DNA of 64,000 bases from Gnetum montanum (lineage: Eukaryota; Plantae; Gnetophyta). Under the pieces are notes generated by a model. It saw only the letters and a program-made list of their open reading frames with translations, was not told the origin of the DNA and did not search any database. The translations under genes and the position numbers were made by a program. Location of the stretch: contig MNCI01000813.1 in the NCBI GenBank assembly GCA_015680685.1, positions 18,800-82,799 of the forward strand, written 5' to 3'. Each line of letters opens with the position of its first letter. The stretch's first letter is position 1. Positions 1 through 12,833 of the stretch are shown one piece after another.

Positions 1-282
1 GCTAGTTAATGTTAGACTAGGACATTAGTTAGATTTAGTTTAGTTCTCAACCCTTTCCTCCTGGTAGCATAGAAGATAAGCCAAAAATACCAAAAAAATC
101 ATATACCTCAGACTTGCTTAACCATACACCGTGACACATACAAGCAAGCCTGGGAAGACAACGAACGATTAACCCCAAGTGTTTCTTGTGGAGTTAAGGC
201 ATTTAGTCTGCGGAGTTCAACCAGATCGTGCGTGTACGCTCGTTTCATATGGTTGAGTGTAGGGGTACCTCGCCACTCATCA
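1..282 (+). mobile_element. 3' part of an Athila-type LTR (3' or solo LTR), inserted into the gag of element A1
   Basis: Ends ...AGGGGTACCTCGCCACTCATCA at 282, the reverse complement of the TGATGAGTGGCGAGGTACCCCT terminus seen at 2418, 17101, 28950, 53180 and 62546. It is followed by gag sequence, not a PBS, and keeps more CpGs than the other copies. Confidence 0.85.
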
Positions 283-2290
283 AGTTTGAAGAGAAAGGTG
301 CATCACAATAGTGGGCTTGTGCTGAGTTGGAGGATGTAGTGGTTTTAGAGCCATGTTGTCTCTTTCTATGGCCATTCCTAAAGAAAGGATGCTTTTGACA
401 TTGTTGAGGACTCCCACTATTGTTGATAGTAGTAGCAGAAGTAATATTCATTGGTTGGTGCTGTGGTACCAAACCTTCTGATACAATTGGTGGTGATGCA
501 TAAGGAGGTGAAGGATAAGAATATTGAGAGTAAGGAGAAGTGTAAGGAATGTGAGGTGGTGATCCCATGGGAGAGGACATGGGTTGCTTATACTCGAGAG
601 AATGATAATGATGAAGTGAAGTACAGGATGTTCATCCAATTGGAGAAACAAGGTGTTGAACATAATAAGCACTTAGTTTTAGGTGGTACTAAGGGTGGGG
701 CCAGTTTGGTGGTGGCCTCCCCCACAATTGTAGGTTTTTCCACTATGGTTGGACATGGTACTTCTGTATGAAATCTAGATGTAAAATTCTACCCCAATGC
801 TCATGTAAGTGTGACAAGATTGGACATTGGCCTTTGGGGTGATCATACAAGCAAACATTAAATTGATACTTATGATTTGTAGTTGAGCCACTATCCTTAT
901 TTCCTTCAATGCTTCCTTCGAATTTTTAAATGGTGTTTTGTCCTATTTATAGGTTTGGTATCCCCTATTTGTTTTGGTTGTCAAAGTTATCTTGCATGGT
1001 TCATCCTCTAATAATTTCTACATATTATTCACATTTTTCATGTACCCACTCCATCATCTTGTTGATTTTTTCCTTGATTTCATCCAGTGATTTTAGTATT
1101 GGCAAAGATGGGGACAGCTCCATCCCCTCGATGTGATATGATTTCTCCTCTTTATAATTATGGACCTTTGTTACCTCAAGAGTTTGGTCATGTTGAGATT
1201 TTTCAACATTCTTCCATTTGGCTATTTCTCCTTCTTTTGCTACCTACTTAATAAGCTCTTGGAATTGGTGAGTTCATAGTTTATATAGTTGACCTGGGAC
1301 ATACATCCGTAGGGTCTTCCTCATTTTATTACGGAGTTCATCCATGATGTGACACATTAGCCTTTCCTCAAAGAACCCATGGCATAGGAATTTGTTTAAA
1401 AAAAAGTACTATCTTTCTAAGGCCATGTCCAAGGGCTCATATTTCCCTTGTTTCCACTCTTGGATTTGTCTCCTCAAGGCTAACACTCTTGAATAGGTTT
1501 GATATCTTTCATTGAAGAGTTTCACCATTTTAGGCCAATGGCAAATTGAATTTGGTTTTATAGACCTATAACATACTTTTGTTTGGCCAACAAGTATCAT
1601 AGGAAAGAGCTTCAGTTTTTTCCATCCATTCTCAATGTTATTCCATGCAAAGGCATCATAGAAGGCTTGTAAATGATGTTTTGGATCTAAATCATAGCCT
1701 CTTAAGAACTTAGGAAAGTTGCTTAAATCAAGCCTAGGTAGGTGAATTTTCTTGTGATGCCTGCAAGATACCTAAATGGCCTCTATTATATGCATTAGGC
1801 TTTTAGTGGCTAGTAGGGGTTCATCATCACTAAATAGGTTGTGAGTTCATGAGTTGGAATGATGTTGCCTATATTCATGTTGGCATTCTTGATTTTTCTT
1901 GTGTGTTCGATTTTTATTTTTACGCTAATCCCTTAAGGAATAGACATCCACGTCACACCTTGGTTGTTGAAAGAGTAGAGGAAGAGAGGGAACTATAAGA
2001 CTCATCATGACTTTTGTAAGTCTCCCAATCATCCTCTGATGTACTCTTGCTAATCATTAAGAAGGCCTTACAAGCCCCCGCATTCTCAAGGATGTCCCAT
2101 ATTTACTAAAGCTTTCTAAGTTGGATGATAAGAGTCCTTGAGTATCATTGGAATGTCCATGAACATATGAAACTCCTGCATAGGACTGAGTACTCCAAAC
2201 TTCTTCTTCATCATAAATTTCATTGGTTCTCTAATGAATTGCCTCACTAGATGTTGTGTTATCATTGTCTTGTGAAAGATACATTGTCAT
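283..2290 (-). pseudogene. gag: Athila gag pseudogene (A1)
   Basis: Translation includes DPKHHLQAFYDAF...LKLFPMILVGQTKVCYRSIKPNSICHWPKMVKLFNERY (retrotransposon gag motif), a Cys/His knuckle-like CLYDHPKGQCP near 820-860, and a Pro/Ser-rich tail; many stops. Confidence 0.8.
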
Positions 2291-2398
2291 GAATTATGAA
2301 TGACTTAATTGAATTTAACTTCTTTTTTAAAAGATATATCATTAATACTCTGTAATAGTGATCTTGTATGATATAACTAATCTAGATAACTAGCACCA

Positions 2399-2416
2399 TC
2401 CCCAGCAATGGCACCA
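2399..2416 (-). promoter_or_regulatory. Primer binding site, tRNA-Asp type (A1)
   Basis: Minus strand TGGTGCCATTGCTGGGGA is the CpG-deaminated form of the Athila PBS TGGCGCCGTTGCCGGGGA, adjacent to the LTR end. Confidence 0.85.
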
Positions 2417-2417
2417 A

Positions 2418-3273
2418 TAATGAGTGATGAGGTACCCCTATGCTCAACCATACTAATATGAGTGTGTACATGTGATCTAGTTGAACTTTGTAGATAAACT
2501 AGTTGTGGCACCTAGACAATTATATGTTGATCATAGATCGTTCTCTTTTTAGCTAACCTAGTATTTGCTTTGCCACATATGGTTTAGTCTAGAGTGGAAC
2601 GTATGATGTCATTTCTACTACTATGCTACTCTTAAGGACAATGAGAAATAACTTGTTTAAGCTAATAAGAAATAGGAAATAAAATATAAGTTAGACTAAG
2701 TGCAACAAGCATCCATCCCTAATCATCGATATGCATGTTGGACTTCATGTACTACTTCTAGGATTACCAAGTGCACATCACTTAAGACACTACTTGATAC
2801 ACTAATGGGTTGCCACATACTTACACTTAAACGTTCATGATTAAGGTGTACTTAGTCCCCGTTAACAATAGGAATAGTAAATGATTATAAAATAAATATT
2901 AACTAAAAAAACAATAAATAATTAACAATTAAAACAAGTAAAAGCTAAGTGAATGTTGCATGATGGAGTAATCATGATCTTTATTGTCGATCGTGTGTGT
3001 GTCCAAGTACATCACACTTGAACCAAGGTTCCATACAATTACAAGCATCGCACTGCGGGCATACACATAGGAAAAGAACTAAAAACTAAAAATGGACTGA
3101 AAGACTAACTCAAAGACCAACAAAAGTACTTTCTAGCTATGCACCTAAGTGCTATATTTATAGGTTAACACAAGAATCATGATATTGTGTATACAATATC
3201 ATATCTAGGCTATGATATGGCATACTCAATATCGTGTACCAAATATCAAGGCCTACCAAACCATCATTCATCA
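2418..3273 (-). repeat. 5' LTR of A1
   Basis: Athila-type termini, TATA (CTATAAATA on minus, ~3155-3163), and a CACGATATCGTG-like motif cluster at 3178-3250. Confidence 0.8.
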
Positions 3274-5559
3274 ACTATCAACATACTTTTGTATATGTTG
3301 GATAGACTTATCCAAATATGACTTGGCTACTTGAATATAATTTACCCAAGATTTCACAAACTCACTAGCTAAAGAATGAAGGCCTTGATATGAGGTTCTA
3401 ATAGCTAAGGTATTGTTGATTATCTCTCCAAGAACAACTTTTCTAGAGAGAATCCTATGATTAAGGACTTTAAATGTTGTAACTAAACTAAGACATAGTT
3501 AATAGAGTCATGTAATTTTTTTAATCAAATTAGGTGAAATGCCTGAAGTACTCTTTCAAAACCTTATTCATCCATTCTATTTTTCCATTTTCCTAAGGAT
3601 GATACCCTAAACACATCCACTACTTTATGTCCATCATCTCAAATAACATTCACTAAAAATCCCTCATGAAATGATAGTCACAATCATATATAATTCTTGA
3701 TGGAATCCCAAAGTAACAAATCATATTTTGAAAGAATAATGATGTGGTACCCTGCTCTATGCAACATGTAGGACATGGAATAAAAATTTCATACTTATAG
3801 AGCTTCTCCATAACTACAAGGATGCTAGAGAATTCTTGCACTATGGAGATCCTTATGATAAAATCCACAAAAACATAATCCATATAAGCTATGGAATATC
3901 CAAGGACTATGCAAACCCCCTTGTTTCTCTTTGGAACTCTTGTCTTATTGGCAAATCAAATGACTTTGCACAAAATTCACCACATCTACCCCCAAGTTAG
4001 ACTAGTAGAAACTTCTTTCCATCAATGTCATAGTTCTTTTGTGTGTTAAATTTCCTACCTAGAGCATGTTATTGCATTCATCAATGACTTGAGAATGAAA
4101 AGAATCTTATTTTGAAGCATGGATTCGATTTTATTTTAACATGAGTAGGCCATTTTATTCACTAAAATTCGATTGATTACTACTATAAATTAGTTCAAAT
4201 AACTCTAGAGCATGTTGATCATGATGCAATCCTTCTTTAGTTATCTTCTAAAGTGCATGATTAGCCATCATCCAAGAGCTATTAAGGTCCCCTTCAATTT
4301 CCATTAAGCATACTTGAGAAATTGACTCAAAGCATTTTTCATCACATTCTTTCTATCCAAATGATAAACAGATTTTAGATCAAATTCTTATAAAAAACTC
4401 AACCATCAAGGTTTCTTTGGCTTTAACTTTTACTTAGTGAGAAGATAGCTTATGATAATATTATTTATTTTAACTACCACAGGATCTCCTAGGAGATAGC
4501 ATCAACATATGTAAGGAAAATGCATAATGTTGAATTTCTCCTTTCATGCATTGGCCACAATCAATCTATAAAATTCATCTTCTTTGATTTAAAAACCATT
4601 AGATGATTTTCTCATAAGAGGTAACCAGCAATAACCTCATCCAAAGTATTAATGTGCACTTCAAATATCTTTGAGAAGTCAAGAAGGATCAACATGGATT
4701 TTTTCATGAAGGTTATCTTGATCTTATTAAAATCTTTATATCACTTAGCATTCCATACTTATAGGGCATATTTATTCTATAAATTGATCAAGACTACTAT
4801 TACACTATAGGATCCATGAATAAAATTCTTATAGTAATTGGTCAACCCCACAAATTAGCATAGTTCATGCATGCCTTTTGGAATAGTCCATGTGGAAATG
4901 ACATCTACCATCTTTGAATTTAGCTTCACCTTTCATACATCAATGATGTGATCCAAGAATTTTAACTCTAGATTTTCAAATTTATTCTTCTCTTTCTTGA
5001 CATAAAACTTGTGATCTCATGATTTGAAGAACACTAGGTTCAAATGTGGACAGTGTTCTTTCATAGAATAAGNGTTTGTGGAATCCTTAAAACCACATTC
5101 TAAGCTTGTTGGGACCTTACGAGGTTGAGTAGTTTCACAATGAAAAAACACTCTAGAGAGGAGCTTAAAGCTTGTATATGGTGCAGTTTCCTTAAAACCA
5201 CATTTTTGAGAATAAAATTCTAGGGATGGACAAGAAATCNAAATCATTTTGTATAGGTGCTACTTGGAAGTGGTAGTTCCTAATAATAGTTTAATTTTAT
5301 GGTCTACCATTTATTTTTTGATATTTTACTTGAAAATCCTACTAACATCAAATTCTTATATCTCCCTAGCATGTCCTTGATGTACATGTTTAGTTGAGAT
5401 ACATCTTTCTCTTCCACCTCTTTCAAGATGGTAAGGAACATGGATTAGGTTGGGCCCTAAGAAACATACTTCATCAGCATTCATGACACACTTTGAACCT
5501 CATAAAGTATACTAGTTACTCCAACATAGAGGTAAGGATTGAGAACTTATAACAGGGGA
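3274..5559 (-). pseudogene. pol: Galadriel-like chromovirus pol remnant (protease end, RT ends, RNase H, integrase)
   Basis: Integrase DFIIRISIVQEFSSILVVMEKLYKYEIFIPCPTCC...LFFQNMICYFGIPSRII (3653-3883), degenerate RNase H around 4400-4700, and pre-RT linker MVDHKIKLL...HLYKM at 5245-5350. The RT core is missing at the N-bounded gap. Confidence 0.7.
5074..5239. other. N-bounded 166-bp segment, exact reverse complement of 5656-5821 (probable assembly artefact)
   Basis: Single N at 5073 and at 5240. The segment is identical to the reverse complement of 5656-5821 while all surrounding repeats are clearly diverged. Confidence 0.85.
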
Positions 5560-6375
5560 TGAATAAGTTCCCCAAAATAAAATTAAACAACCATAAAAAC
5601 CATATTCAAATTTTATGTTGTTCCCCAACTAGGGTACATCCACACTTAGAGGATAGATTTCTTGTCCATCCCTAGAATTTTATTCTCAAAAATGTGGTTT
5701 TAAGGAAACTGCACCATATACAAGCTTTAAGCTCCTCTCTAGAGTGTTTTTTCATTGTGAAACTACTCAACCTCGTAAGGTCCCAACAAGCTTAGAATGT
5801 GGTTTTAAGGATTCCACAAACTTTAAAGATTAAGCTTAACTTTGGAATCTTTTGATGATATACAAACACTAATTCCATAGAATCTCAACAAGCTCAATGA
5901 TGATTCCTTCTCACAAGAAGCACATCAACCCCACAAAGCAACAAGAGACAGAGATGAAAACACAAGGAAAGAGTGTAACTCAAATTATAGATCCTTGTAC
6001 TTTGATGCATAATTATATAAAAAATCAAGCAATTGATATGACAAATGAAGTACACACGTATAATAGAATAGATTACATAATGATTTCTTTGATGTTGAAA
6101 ATTCTTTTTGACTACTTGCACTATATCTAAGAGAATTAATTTTTGTTATAGGATTCAAGTTTCCAAAATCACCTCAGAATTCATGCAATGGCTATCTTGT
6201 TGCAACCAAAAATCTCAACCATAGAAAGCCAAGGATCCTTAGTTGTGAATAGTCTCAACCTTGAATCCCTAGGCCCTTTGAGAAAAATGGGATTTAGGGT
6301 GCCCTAGATGGTTTGGTAGATCACCTAGAGAGTTAGGGGGATACAAAGTGGGGTTGTGAAAAATGTAACAATTAT
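5560..6375 (-). mobile_element. LTR-like block of an unidentified element, truncated by the Tat insertion
   Basis: Begins TGAA exactly where Galadriel coding similarity stops; non-coding with LTR-like composition. No partner copy in the window. Confidence 0.35.
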
Positions 6376-6380
6376 AGATC

Positions 6381-7684
6381 TGTAAACCCAAAAATGCACA
6401 TTGCACAAAAAAAAACTATAAAATTTATTAAATAAATAAATAATGAGTTCAGAAATTTGTACAAAAGTGCCTGTAGGAGAGCAAAAGGGGGTTCACATGG
6501 GCAGGGGTTCCTAGTTTGTTGAAGCTAATAGAATCCACTTCATGATCTAGATGCTCAATCACTTTCAATGTTGTCAAAGCTTCTCTACTACCACTAAATA
6601 TTTGTAACATTGGTCACTATTGGGGTTGAGAAATGTGAAGGATTAGAGCTATTAAAATGCTCAACACTAGGATTTGGGAATCCTAGGAGGGCAATGTTAA
6701 CACACAAGGCTCACAAATCGTAAGGTGGGTAATAGGGGTAATAAGAGTATAATGATTCTATGTCAATAAGCTTCAAGAATCTACATTTCTACTAGGTAGA
6801 TAGAGCTCTTGAATTCCCAAGATGCCAAATTCTTAGAAATTCTAAAGTGTGAAAGCTTAAAATGGTGTGAGCATAGGGCTTTTATAGGTCTTTGGCGATG
6901 ATTTGGGCTGAAAATTTGCAATAAATGGCTACCATATTAGTTTGCAAATTTTTGCCATGTTTAGGAAGGTAGGTGCCCAAAATCTAGGTGATTATCATAT
7001 ATGGAAATTCTAATCCCCCATGAACATTTTGTTTACCAAAAATAGTAATGAGGATGTACCTTCCACATCGGCTTTGCTCCTTTCATGATGGGTCATCAAC
7101 CTTCCACGTTGGCATGGTAGGGTTCTTGATAGAGTTGATGCGATGTCAAAATATTGGTCATGTTGCTTCTATGCTAGGGAGAAGGTGTTAATTTTGGGCA
7201 AGGGGATGAAATATTAATGATTGGCTTGAAGCTCAAACCCTTCTATGTTGAGTATCACCTTCCTTCTATGTTGGAGGTAGGTGAGATCCACCCTCTTGCA
7301 AACCTTTACACTAGTTTTGATGCCTCTACTCTAGGAGTAGGTGGCCCACACTCCTCCACACTAGGGATGGGTGGGACATAGCCCCTTGTTGGTGTTTTTA
7401 GCATTAAAAGTGCATCCCCTTCATAAAACCCATCAAATTACCATTTTTAGCATTCAAAAAGGCATTTTTGACCCCTCCCAAAGCCCAAATATAAACACTA
7501 CATGACTCTTTTCACTTGGGGAATGAGGCTTTTTCCACTTATGAGGCATTTTTAGCCCCAAAGTATCACGTATGTGGGATTTCCTCTTATGGGCTACAAT
7601 CTTTAGATTTAGAATGATGTTTAGCCACAAGTTTCATGGGATGGGGTTAAAAAGGTTATAACATGCAAATTTAGTGGTGTTTCA
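6381..7684 (-). repeat. Putative 3' LTR of T1
   Basis: Termini TGAAACACC...CATTTTTGGGTTTACA on minus. PPT-like AATAGAGAAGGGCC lies immediately upstream (7687-7700), TATA CCTATAAAA at ~6880-6888, and CCT(T)CCACGCTGG-like motifs at 7050-7370. Boundaries inferred without a partner LTR. Confidence 0.55.
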
Positions 7685-8629
7685 TTGGCCCTTCTCTATT
7701 AGTGCCTAGAGGATTGACCTAAGAGGCATCAAAAAAGAATACAAGATACCACTACAAGTCCACCATTGACATTTCCTCTTTGTTCTTGATTCAATCATGT
7801 CAAACCATGCCAGAGAGTGCTTATGATGATGGGATAAAACTATGATGAGATGGTGGTAATGGTCATTAGGGAGATGGTCATGGAGGCTAACAATGCATTC
7901 CAATTGTTGTCATCATGGGTATAACATGATATTAACATGTTTTAAAGTGTTGGTTACTCGACAAATATGTTTGAGGATTCAATCACTTCGCTCCAAGATT
8001 TCTTTGGCCATTGGGATTTAAGACTCTATTGGCCATTCAACCTCTTGGTAACTTTCTTCCTTATTTTTTTTATTTTTTTGTGGGGTGAAACCTTCATTGG
8101 ATCTCATTTACAAGATCAATTTAATATAGTTTTCCCATTGAATTAGTTACATTACACTCAATGGAATTGGGGCTTTTCCATTAAAATGAAGCAAGTTACA
8201 CTTGATGGACTTAATGGTCTTCCAATTGAATGAGCTATGTTACATTCAAGCAGACTTCAAGATGGATCATGATGAAGAAATGTCATGAAATCATAATGTA
8301 TGAATGTCAAATATTGGTCAACATTGTTATTCAGGATAAGAAAGGCTATAATGAGATTATGGGGTTGGGCTCAAGGTGTGGTGCTAGATGAAGGGAAATG
8401 GTGTAAGCACTCTTGACATAGCAGGGGAAACTCATCAAATTGTGCACATCAAGGTCATATAGTAACTTTTTGTTGTGAGTTGCACCTTTGTGAAAACTCT
8501 AAGCTTCATGTTGCAAACATAGCTCCAAGAGGATAAGAAAACCAAGCAAATAGAGTATTTTATAATAATACAATGCCTATAGGTAACGTAGACAATAGAA
8601 AAAATCTACCTAAGTCATCCATGTTGCTA

Positions 8630-8770
8630 TTTTAATGCCATGGTAGGCCATGATAAAAATTTAAGGCCTTGGCAAGCAATGGTGCTAGTTTAAGATCATA
8701 ATAGACCATGGTGCTAGTTTAAGGCCCTGATAGGACGTATTGCTGATTTAAGGCCTCAATAGGCCATGAA
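8630..8770 (-). repeat. Short degenerate tandem repeats (~25-30 bp, TTTAAGGCC...) in the T1 3' UTR
   Basis: Repeated TTTAAGGCC/ATGGTGCTAGTTTAAG units; related arrays occur at 36290-36470 (reverse complement) and 41540-41710. Confidence 0.65.
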
Positions 8771-8819
8771 AAAGAAAGCTTGCTTGTTGATAGTTGTTGA
8801 AGTCATAGTTGTTGTAGGT

Positions 8820-11800
8820 TACATGTAGTTCATATGTAATAAGGCTTTAGATAGGAAGGATATTACATATGACCTACATGAGTTATCTATGATCATAACT
8901 CAAAAGATAGCTTTGAGGACAATATCATCCTTCTTAATCTTATAATTAGTCAAGTTATGATGGTTTTTCCATTTTGGCCTCTCTTGATAGTGCTCAACAT
9001 GGGCAACTTCTTGTATACATTGCTCCTCCATTGAGTCTAGGTCCACTATCTGCAACTCCTTTCTTTGTTCATCATTGATGTAGTTGGTCAAGGCCACCCA
9101 AAGAAATGTTACATGTAATTTAAGAGGTAAAATAGCTTTAGAATAATAAACCAAGCTATATGGTGTTACACTAGTTGTCATGTGATAATTTGTACAATAG
9201 GCCCAAAGTGCATGGACAAGCTACTTATGTCATTTTCACTTGTTATTATTGATCATCTTATTGAGCAAGTTAATGATGACCTTGTTACTTACTTCTACTT
9301 GTCCATTGGCTTCTAGGTAATAACGTAAGAAAGCTTAATTCCTAGGTCATGATAGAAATCCTTTATTTCTTGGCTACTAAATTGTGGTCCATTGTCTATA
9401 ACTATGATCATGGATATGTCAAAATGCGCTACAATGTTACCAAGGATGAATTTACAAACTTGTTGGAATGTAGTCTTTTTTAGGGGAATAGCTTCATCCC
9501 ACTTAATAAGGTATTTGGTTGCAGTGATAATGAAGCTATGTTTCGTAGAAGACTTAGACATTATAGGCCCGATGATATCTAAACACCATCATTGAAATCA
9601 CTAGGTTATTTGAGTGATATGAAACTTAGTTGGTGGTAAGTGTATAAGGTTGCTACGTTGTTGGCACCTGTCATAGTGCTTAACCTTCTGTAGGCACTCA
9701 CTTTTCATATAGGGCTAGTAATAGCCTAACTATATAATCTTAGCAGCCATAGCTCTAGGTCCTATATGTCCCCCAAAAACACCCTTGTAAACCTAATCTA
9801 GGACTATTCTAGCCTCAACTTTACCCAAGTAACTTAGAAGTATGCCATCGTAGGACCATCGACATATTGTGTTACTGCCTCCTATGACATACTATTTTGA
9901 TTGTTTACATACAAAATCCTTTTGAGTAGTAGTTAGGCCTTGTGAGGATTCACCATGCATAAGGTAAAATTTGATATCATCATATCATTCCCTAGCAAGA
10001 GTAGTATGAACTACAGCCATAGAGATATCCTCAACACTCTGCATGATGAAAATAGCACAGTCCATAATTAAGGTGGGTAACTTACCAAGCACATTTGGCA
10101 TCACATTGAGGGCTAACGTTGCAATTGCATTAGCTATGACATTTTCATTTCAAGGTATATGCTAGATATCAATAGCTATAAATTGTTCTAATAATTGCTT
10201 CCCTAAGTCATATTAAGGTTGTAAATTTTTTTCTTTACACACATAGATCTTAGTCACTTGGTTAACCACAAGCTGTGAATCATCTTTAATCATTAATTGC
10301 TTGATTCCTAGGTCACAAGATACCATAATTACTCTAATTAAACCCTCATACTCTACTATATTTTTGGTACATGAAAAATCAAAAATGATAGGTAAAGGAT
10401 TGGATTTCATTAAACGGAAATGATACAATGCCAGTGGAACTAGCTCTATGGGAAATTGAAGCTCTATCAATGTACATGACTACCTCATAGCCCTCAAGCA
10501 CTTGGCTAATGGTGTTGACATGTTCATCAAGGAACTCAGGAGCTATGGTTGCATGGTCATCAATAGAAAAAATAGTGAGTTGTATAACTATAGCTTGACC
10601 TTTCATTTAGGATTGAGATATGCAATGAAGGTCAAAATCTATGATTATGGTTTTCCATTGGGCTATACAAGTGCTTTCATAAATGTTCATCATTATGGTT
10701 CTAAACATGTTATATTTGCAAATGACATTGACTTGCCTCTTTAAGAGGTAGTATCCCCACTTCTTCAATGAGAAGACTAGTGCTAGATAATATTTCTCCA
10801 CTTCAGTGTATAGGGTCTCATGGGAAACTAATGCATGACAAAGGTAGTATACTGGAATCTCTACTCCATCATCACATTTTTGATAGAGAGGTGATGGACA
10901 TGTTGAAGATATCAAGGTAGATGTAAAATATTTTACCTTCTTGTGGAGGATAGACTATTAGTATCTGTTACAACTCTTGCTTAATTTTTTCAAAGGCCTC
11001 TTAGCATTGATCCATCCACTCATAGTGAGCCCCTTTCTTCAGTAAGTATTTCATGGGTTGTAACTTATCCAAAAGCCTAGTGATAAGCCTAAGAATAAAT
11101 TTTAATCTATCCTTTAATCCCTAAATCTCCTTAAGTTTGGTAGGTGTTGCTAATTTTGATATGGCCTTAACCTTGTCAGGATCAACACGAATCCTTACTT
11201 TAGATACTACATAGCCAAGCATCTTACTAGTCTTAATACCAAAGAAACACTTCTTAGGATTATCGTCATTAGCATGGTCATTTGTCACTTTGGACTTAGC
11301 AGTTATATCGTCTATGTAATCATTGAGCAAACCTAATATGTAATCACTAAAGATATAGGTCATGGCTCTCTAGTAAGTTGCCCTTACTTTATTAAGGTCA
11401 AAGGACATCATTGTATAGCAAAAGGTACCCCAAGGGGTTATGAAGGTCATGCTAAGATGGTGTTATGTGTTGATCCTAATTTGATTATATCCTAAGAATC
11501 CATCCATAAAGGACAACAAGGCATGTCTAGCCATAGTATTGATAAGTTGATTTATACTAGGCAAAGGAAATTCATCCTATTTGTCACTTTATTTAGGTCT
11601 TAGAAATTGATGAAAATGTGGATACTTCCATTTTTCTTAGGGACTACCACTATGTTGGACACCCATTCTATGTAGTCAATAGCTTGGATGAAACCTGCTT
11701 GCTAGAGTTTTGAGATCTCATCACGAATTGCTAATGCCAAATCAGGTCTAATCTTGTATACTTTATAGTTAACTAGTCTAATGCTAGGATTAAGTAGAAT

Positions 11801-12125
11801 GTTGTGTTGGACTAAACATTGGTGTAGACCTACCATATTTTCATATGATTAGGTGAAGACCTTAATATTATCTTGTAAGACTTTGGTGACATCTCAAGCC
11901 TATTGAGACTCTAGTGAGAAACTTAGTTTAAGGGTTTTCTCCTCACTAGTGTGTGTCATGATAGGAACCTCAACTAGAGAATCTTTAGTTATGTCACTAG
12001 CCTCAAGGTCAAAGGTTTTAACTAGGATTTTAGGCATTATAGAAGCTATGTGGTTGACAAGACTCTCAAGCTCAAGATCTATGCAATTAGGGTTGACATA
12101 CAATTCTACATCATCATGGGATCCA
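8820..12125 (-). pseudogene. pol: Tat-type pol pseudogene: RT (~11100-11850), RNase H (~10600-10950), aRH (~10110-10490), integrase (~8820-9900)
   Basis: RT YIDDITAKSK and NPKKCFFG; RH PVYYL...YTEVEKYYLALVF; KGQAI linker; aRH CTKNIVEYEGLI...DDSQLVVNQV; INT HSFIITATKYLIKWDEAIPL...IDNGPQF and KAILPLKL. Confidence 0.9.
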
Positions 12126-12833
12126 TGTAGGCACAAAGACAAACTGATTTACTTCTAGGTACTCATACTTTAATCCTAAATGTCAACCAAAAGCATATTA
12201 AGTGGCACCTAGGTAGATGTGGATAAGGAATGCTAAAATTCTATAAAATTATGCAAATACATGCTATTCTAATTCAAATAAAGTCATCGAAGCGTATGAA
12301 TAGAGTAAAAATAAGCAAAAAAATTACAATAAGGGCCAAATAAATGTCAAAGAAAGGAAAGTACAAGAAATAAGGCTACACATGGTTAAGAAAGGTTATG
12401 ATTTTTTACCAATTTAGGGCCATAGCATGCCATGATCACATGGTGTCAAATGGTAGTCAAGGAAGGTCAAACCCCACCATCTAATACCAATCAAAGGCTA
12501 AGCAAGTCTATATAAGGCTATAGTGTAAAGAATCTAGGGCTAACATATTGAGATAAGAAGTATTAGTGAGGCTAAGCAAGGTCAACAATGCATAATAGGT
12601 CATAATATGATAATAAAAGGCATCAAATAAGGTAAAGTGGGATATATATGGTGAGTCCTAGTTAAAACATGGTTAAAAATGGGTATATTCTACTAGTTTT
12701 AGGCCTTAGCAAGCCATGGCTTGAGGCTACACGTGTGATGGGGTACTTTGGGCATCAATTAGGGTTATTTCTAGGTTGTTTGAACTAAGAAAAAGGAAGG
12801 ATTTTAAAGCTTCCATGTTAGACCCCACTTGTT

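Larger units (their letters stand above)
283..3273 (-). mobile_element. Athila-like Ty3/Gypsy element A1 (5' LTR, PBS and gag; remainder lies left of the window)
   Basis: LTR 2418-3273 (TAATGAGTG...TTCATCA), tRNA-Asp-type PBS at 2399-2416, and degenerate gag homologous to the gags of A2 and A3. Confidence 0.85.
6381..12125 (-). mobile_element. Tat/Ogre-like Ty3/Gypsy element T1 (3' half), interrupted at 12126
   Basis: Domain order RT-RH-additional (archaeal-type) RNase H-INT, followed by 3' UTR, PPT and putative 3' LTR. Confidence 0.8.

Noticed and set aside
245-580. Ser/Pro/Tyr-rich ORF resembling an extensin
   Set aside because: It is the low-complexity gag tail of A1 running into the nested LTR; similar Pro-rich tracts occur at the same position in A2 and A3.
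5074-5821. Perfect 166-bp inverted repeat suggesting a hairpin RNA or MITE
   Set aside because: One arm is bounded by Ns on both sides, is fully identical in an otherwise decayed region, and sits where RT sequence is missing. Most likely a misplaced contig.
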